Below are positions 57,799 through 64,000 of a stretch of DNA of 64,000 nt, piece after piece. Position numbers and translations under genes: made by a program. Location: assembly GCA_021796415.1 (NCBI GenBank), contig JAJYJC010000001.1, positions 18,742 to 82,741 on the forward strand, given 5' to 3'. This stretch comes from a bacterium. Lineage in GTDB: Bacteria; Patescibacteriota; CPR2; UBA1875; JAJYID01. Positions within the stretch are counted from its first letter, which is position 1. Each line of letters begins with the position of its first letter. A model generated the notes under the pieces. It was not told the DNA's origin. It was given only the letters and a program-made list of their open reading frames with translations, and made no database searches.

Positions 57799-59118
57799 AT
57801 GGAAAAGTTATTGAAATTAATTAAAAAAATTATTCCCAAGCCGGTTTTCTTGTTTTTCCAACCGGCATACCATTTCCTTCTCGCTGTAACCGGCAATGTA
57901 TTGTATCGTTTTCCGGGATATAAACTGATCGTCATCGGAGTTACCGGCACAAACGGCAAAAGCACAACGTGCGATCTTATCGCAAGGATTCTAAAGGAAT
58001 CTAATGAGTTGGTGGGCATGATATCAACAGTGTCTATAGAAATTGCCGGGAAGAGATACGACAACGTCACAAACCGCACAACCCTAGGCAGATGGAAAAC
58101 CCACAAACTGATGCGCCAAATGGTTCGGCAAAATTGCAAATATGCGGTTATCGAGGTAGCAAGCGAAGGGATCGCCTGGTACCGAATCTTTGGCATACCT
58201 TTTGATGCGGCGGTTTACACCAATCTTTCGCCCGAACATTTGAACTTCCACAAAACGATGGAAAACTATCGAAACACCAAAGGCAAACTGTTTGCCAAAC
58301 TGGACAGTCCCTTCAATTTCAAGAAGACCAAGAGAGTAAGCATAGTCAATGCCGACGATAAAGAAGCGCCGTATTTCTCCGGTTTCAAAGCAGGTGAAAA
58401 AATGACTTACGGTATAAAAAACGGCTCTGTGCGAGCAAAAAATATTGAACACTTGCCAAGCTGTATAAACTACCAAATTGAAAATGGAGCAACTATCACC
58501 GGTGTCACAACAAAGACGATAGGGGAATTTAATGTCTACAACGAGCTGGCGGCATTTTGCGTCGGTCTTGCATACGGCATAAAGCCGGAAATTATGGCAA
58601 AGGCTTTCAAAAATTTTGCCGGAACAAAGGGCCGGGTTGAAAAAATTGAGGAAGGACAGAAGTTCCAAGTCATTGTGGACTACGCCCACACCCCGGATGC
58701 CCAAGAGAAGGTCTACACCGAGCTTCGCAGATTTTCAAAAGGCAGGATAATCAGCGTTTTTGGAGCAACGGGGGATAAAGATAGGGGAAAAAGACCTGAA
58801 ATGGGAAGGGTGGCAGCTCATCTGACAGACATTGCCATCATTACCGATGATGAAACATACGGTGAAAAATCAGAGAAGATTATTCAAGAAATATATGCGG
58901 GTGTGCCTCAAAAACTGCAAAAAAAGGTCAAAATAGTACCGGATAGATTTGCCGCTATCAAGGAGGCGCTTTTAATTGCGCGCCCTGAGGATATCGTCAT
59001 TATCACTGGTATAGGCCACCAAAAATATAGAATTATGGGTGGCAAAAGAACCGGGTGGAATGAAAGAAAAATCGTTTCAGATTTGTTAAAAAATTTAAAG
59101 AAAAGAAAGGTAAAATAA
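57799..59118 (+). CDS. murE: UDP-MurNAc-tripeptide synthetase
   Basis: GVTGTNGKST, EHLNFHK, DYAHTPD, RD..KRP.MG-like motif. Confidence 0.9.
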   Translation: MEKLLKLIKKIIPKPVFLFFQPAYHFLLAVTGNVLYRFPGYKLIVIGVTGTNGKSTTCDLIARILKESNELVGMISTVSIEIAGKRYDNVTNRTTLGRWKTHKLMRQMVRQNCKYAVIEVASEGIAWYRIFGIPFDAAVYTNLSPEHLNFHKTMENYRNTKGKLFAKLDSPFNFKKTKRVSIVNADDKEAPYFSGFKAGEKMTYGIKNGSVRAKNIEHLPSCINYQIENGATITGVTTKTIGEFNVYNELAAFCVGLAYGIKPEIMAKAFKNFAGTKGRVEKIEEGQKFQVIVDYAHTPDAQEKVYTELRRFSKGRIISVFGATGDKDRGKRPEMGRVAAHLTDIAIITDDETYGEKSEKIIQEIYAGVPQKLQKKVKIVPDRFAAIKEALLIARPEDIVIITGIGHQKYRIMGGKRTGWNERKIVSDLLKNLKKRKVK

Positions 59119-60474
59119 ATGCCCACGCAATCAAGCATTAATCCCAAGATTTTTAAAGCTTATGACATAAGAGCGCTCTATCCCGAGGAAATTAACGAAG
59201 AAGCAGCCTACAAGATAGCCAAAGCATATGCCGCCTGGCTAAAGCCCAAAAAGGTAGCACTCGGCTATGATGTGCGCACTTCAAGCAAACCTCTTTTTGA
59301 GGAAGTAAAGAGGGGGCTTACTGAAATGGGCGTGGAGGTTTTTGATGTCGGCCTTATCACAAGCGACATGATAGTCTTTGCTACGGGAAATTATAATCTG
59401 GACGGGGGCATCGTTGTGACTGCTTCCCACAATCCGGCTGAATATAACGGCATGAAGCTTTACCGCGAAAATGCGGCGCCAATTTCGATAGATAGCGGCC
59501 TGGCGGAAATCCGGGATATCGCGCTTGCCGGAAAGTTCCCGGAGAGTAGCGCGCTTGGCAAAGTTACAAAGTTGGAAATAAAAGCAGATTACTTGAAAAA
59601 GGTTTTCTCGCTCGTTGACACATCAAAAATCAAACCGATGAAAGTGGTGGTCAATCCAAATTTCGGGGCAGCGGGAGAAATGATTGAGCATATTGCGAAA
59701 AAACTAAACCTTGAGCTAGTCAAGCTAAACTTTGAGCCTGACGGCACTTTTCCGAAAGGCCAGCCCGACCCTTCACAACTTGAAAACCAGAAGGAAACCG
59801 GTGAGCTGGTCAGAAAGTCCGGCGCTGCTTTTGCCGCCATGTGGGACGCTGATGCCGACAGATGCCTTTTCCTGGATGAAAACGGTGAGTTTGTGATGGG
59901 CTGCTATGCCACAGCTATTCTGGCAGAGGCAATGCTTGATCAGCACCCGAAGTCAAAAATCGTATTTGACACAACCCTCATCTGGCCGGCAATAGACAGA
60001 GTCACAGCTGCCGGAGGTGTGCCTCTGGTAAATAAGGTGGGGCATCCGTTCATTAAAGAGCGAATGAAAAAAGAAGATGCCATTTTCGGCGGGGAAACAT
60101 CAGGGCATTTTTACTTCAAGAATTATTGGTATTGCGATAACGGGATGGTGCCGTTTCTTTTAATGTTAAAAAAGCTAAGCACTTCCGGCAAAAAGATGTC
60201 AGATTTGGCAAACTACCTGAGAAATAAATACCCAAACGGATTCAAGCTAATCCGAAAAGAAGAAGGAATTCCCGAGAAACTAAAGGAAATCGAAAAGAAA
60301 TATGCCGACGCTAAAATCGAGCACATCGACGGGGTTTCGGTCGAATATCCGGATTGGAGATTTAATGCCAGAGCTTCAAACACCGAGCCTCTGCTCAAGG
60401 TCTTCCTTGAGGCAAAAAGCCAAAAACTAGTTGATGAAAAACTAAAAGAGGTGGTTGATTTAATCGAGAACTAG
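59119..60474 (+). CDS. Phosphomannomutase/phosphoglucomutase
   Basis: FKAYDIR, TASHNP, DADADR, GE.SGH. Confidence 0.93.
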   Translation: MPTQSSINPKIFKAYDIRALYPEEINEEAAYKIAKAYAAWLKPKKVALGYDVRTSSKPLFEEVKRGLTEMGVEVFDVGLITSDMIVFATGNYNLDGGIVVTASHNPAEYNGMKLYRENAAPISIDSGLAEIRDIALAGKFPESSALGKVTKLEIKADYLKKVFSLVDTSKIKPMKVVVNPNFGAAGEMIEHIAKKLNLELVKLNFEPDGTFPKGQPDPSQLENQKETGELVRKSGAAFAAMWDADADRCLFLDENGEFVMGCYATAILAEAMLDQHPKSKIVFDTTLIWPAIDRVTAAGGVPLVNKVGHPFIKERMKKEDAIFGGETSGHFYFKNYWYCDNGMVPFLLMLKKLSTSGKKMSDLANYLRNKYPNGFKLIRKEEGIPEKLKEIEKKYADAKIEHIDGVSVEYPDWRFNARASNTEPLLKVFLEAKSQKLVDEKLKEVVDLIEN

Positions 60475-60508
60475 GGTTATTCCGCTGCAAGGGTCGGACC
60501 CTTGCAAA

Positions 60509-61696
60509 CTAGAGGCCTAGACCGACGGCCTTTTTGACGCGGGACAATGTGTCTTTTGCGCGAGGCGCGACCGCTTCGGCGCCATCGGCGAGAATTTTGC
60601 GAACTTTATCTTCATTTTTATCGTACTCGGCAAGTTTTGCTTGAATGGGTTTTAACATTTCGATCACACATTCGGCAACATCAGCTTTAAACTGGCCGTA
60701 ATTTGAGCTTGCATACTTCTTTTCGAGATCGGAAATCGGAATTTCGGTACAAACTGACATAATGTTTAAGAGATTTGAAATGCCAGGTTTCTTTTCTTTA
60801 TCGAATTTAATTTTATTGTCGGAATCTGTGACCGCACGGGCAAATTTCTTGCGAATCGTTTCGGCATCGTCGCGAAGAAGCACATAGCTGTTTTCGTTCT
60901 GGTCGCTTTTGGACATCTTCTTGGTCGGATCAGTAAGGCTCATGATGCGAGCACCCTCTTTTTTAATCACCGGTTGCGGTACAACCACAACTTTGCCGAC
61001 TCGCTTATTTAATCTTTGGGCAATATCGCGAGCGATTTCAACGTGCTGCTTCTGGTCCTCGCCAACCGGCACTTCCTCGGTGTCGTACAGCAAGATATCT
61101 CCGGCCATAAGTACCGGATAGTCAAAAAGCCCAACAGTTGATACACCCTCAAGTTTATCAATAACTCCATCCAGAATGTCATCAACCAGACCTTTATTCA
61201 CTATTTGGTCTAATTGTTTCTGGATGGTTAGTTCCATCTTCAACCCATCAAAAGGTCCTTCTTGACTCGGCAATTTATAATTTTTTACCAATTCTTCTCT
61301 TATTTTTTCTTGTACAAATTGCCTTAACACATGCAAATTAACATCTAGCCCAGATTTCTGCTTATACTGAATCATTTTTTTCAGTTCACCCATACGTGTA
61401 AAGCAATTCAAGATCCAGGCCATTTCAGAGTGTTCCGGCCGTTCTGATTGGACAAAAAGTGTGGATTTCTTCGGGTCAATGCCGGAGGCCAGGAGAACTT
61501 TGGCAAGCTCCATGGTATTTGCCTTCAATTTATTTGGATCCTGAGGAACAGTTATGGCGTGAAGGTCGACAATACAAAAGATGTTATCGTGCGCGTCTTG
61601 CCCGCGAACCCAATTCACGATGGCGCCCAGATAGTTGCCGATATGAAGATCGCCGCTTGGCTGAATGCCTGAAAAAACTCTTTTCTTATTGCTCAT
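60509..61696 (-). CDS. trpS: Tryptophan--tRNA ligase with ~65-aa insertion
   Basis: SGIQPSG..HIGN, VGEDQ.QH, KMSKS. Confidence 0.95.
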   Translation of the reverse strand: MSNKKRVFSGIQPSGDLHIGNYLGAIVNWVRGQDAHDNIFCIVDLHAITVPQDPNKLKANTMELAKVLLASGIDPKKSTLFVQSERPEHSEMAWILNCFTRMGELKKMIQYKQKSGLDVNLHVLRQFVQEKIREELVKNYKLPSQEGPFDGLKMELTIQKQLDQIVNKGLVDDILDGVIDKLEGVSTVGLFDYPVLMAGDILLYDTEEVPVGEDQKQHVEIARDIAQRLNKRVGKVVVVPQPVIKKEGARIMSLTDPTKKMSKSDQNENSYVLLRDDAETIRKKFARAVTDSDNKIKFDKEKKPGISNLLNIMSVCTEIPISDLEKKYASSNYGQFKADVAECVIEMLKPIQAKLAEYDKNEDKVRKILADGAEAVAPRAKDTLSRVKKAVGLGL

Positions 61697-61867
61697 GGCT
61701 ATAAATATAGCAGGGAAAGGCACATTAGTAAACATTAGGCTTTGGTCCACTAAACTGGTTTAGTGTATTTGGAAATCCTTCCGTTACACTAATATGTATT
61801 AGTGTAACGACCTATTAAAATCTTAATAGATTCTGGACAAGCCAGAATGACGAATTATAATTGAATT

Positions 61868-62137
61868 ATGGAATTAAACGATATAAGAGACGGGATCGAC
61901 AAAATTGATAATCAAATTTTCGATTTAATTGTCGAGCGCGTCGATCTTGCAAGGGAAGTCGTAAAGGCCAAAAGCGCGCTTGGAAAACCGATTTATGACG
62001 CCGAGAGGGAAAAGGTTGTGATCGGTAAGCAAGTCGAAAAAGCAGAAAAGCTAGGGCTGCCAACAGAGTTTGTGGCTGACATTTATAAAGCATTGATTCG
62101 CGGCTGCACCAAGGTAGAAGAAGAACTAGGGGACTAA
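61868..62137 (+). CDS. Chorismate mutase type II-like protein
   Basis: IR..ID.ID, L..R, V.K.K, D.ERE. Confidence 0.75.
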   Translation: MELNDIRDGIDKIDNQIFDLIVERVDLAREVVKAKSALGKPIYDAEREKVVIGKQVEKAEKLGLPTEFVADIYKALIRGCTKVEEELGD

Positions 62138-62148
62138 ACTGCCTATCT

Positions 62149-62219
62149 GTCATTCTGGGGACGAAGGACTCCAGAATCTAAAGCGCATATATCCTTGATT
62201 CTGGACAAGCCAGAATGAC
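62149..62219. repeat. REP doublet
   Basis: GTCATTCTGG..CCAGAATC / GATTCTGGACAAGCCAGAATGAC. Confidence 0.8.
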
Positions 62220-62232
62220 AATTATGAAAATA

Positions 62233-62292
62233 TTGACAAAGATTTTACGCTTTGTTATATTGATTTAGCACTCGTGGGGGTAAGAGTGCTAA
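62233..62292 (+). promoter_or_regulatory. groESL promoter and CIRCE (HrcA operator)
   Basis: TTGACA-17-TATATT; TTAGCACTC-N10-GAGTGCTAA at 62265-62292. Confidence 0.88.
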
Positions 62293-62388
62293 TTTGAACT
62301 AAAATATTATTAAATGTCATCCTGAGTGAAACGAAGGATCCAGAGATTCTTCCTTGTTTCAGAATGACGAATTTGAGGAGAATATTAT

Positions 62389-62652
62389 ATGGCAAAACTA
62401 AAACCATTGGGCTACAAAATTATTGTGGAACGCCAAGCAGCAAGCGAGAAGACCGCTGGCGGAATTGTCATACCCGACAATGCAAAAGAGAAGCCGGAGC
62501 AGGGCAAAGTTATCGCAGTAGGCAAAGACGTCGAGGAAGTAAAAGTTGGCGATACTATTATTTTGGGAAAATTCGCCGCCACAGAAGTCAAAATTAACGG
62601 AAATGAATATTTAATTGTAAGGGAAAAAGAAGTTTTAGCAATTATTTCATAA
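62389..62652 (+). CDS. groES: Co-chaperonin GroES
   Basis: LKPLG, TAGGIVIPD.AKEKP. Confidence 0.96.
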   Translation: MAKLKPLGYKIIVERQAASEKTAGGIVIPDNAKEKPEQGKVIAVGKDVEEVKVGDTIILGKFAATEVKINGNEYLIVREKEVLAIIS

Positions 62653-62741
62653 TTTCAAATCCCAATTAATCAATCCCAAAAAAATGATTCTGGCCAAGCC
62701 AGAATGACAGGATGGAATTAGTAGATTAGTATCATTAGTAA

Positions 62742-64000
<1,259 letters not shown>

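Noticed and set aside
61140-61350. Intein in trpS
   Set aside because: No C/S start with HN-C/S/T terminal motifs, and too short.
1907-62708. REP palindromes as a CRISPR array
   Set aside because: Dispersed, inverted pairs with no regular repeat-spacer periodicity and no cas genes.

Overview
AT-rich bacterial chromosome segment whose gene content fits a Patescibacteria/CPR-type genome (inference). It carries split ComEC, a Xer-family recombinase, a complete type IV pilus cluster, ychF, tlyA, efp-rpsR-ssb-rpsF, lexA-recA-recX, rnj, pnp-rpsO, archaeal-type valS with a T-box, tsaD, murE, trpS and groES/EL with CIRCE. The most striking signal is a set of small selfish elements. (1) Five ~95-aa GIY-YIG nuclease genes are each bracketed by inverted GTCATT...AATC REP-like palindromes. 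Two of these units are 406-bp copies differing by one base, and each nuclease variant is paired with its own REP family. About 50 (counted by eye) gene-less REPs or doublets of the same families are scattered through the window, including in-frame insertions in seven genes. (2) A 21-bp hairpin inserts into these REPs and once into itself. (3) A GxxExxY gene has perfect 21-bp inverted repeats, and four-helix-bundle genes have inverted heptamer arrays. Also present: an AbiE toxin-antitoxin module with a duplicated pilD 5' end, a duplicated xer 3' end, two perfect parS sites, a GC-rich island with candidate structured RNAs, and an unannotated 20-aa membrane peptide. All calls come from manual reading; no database searches were run.
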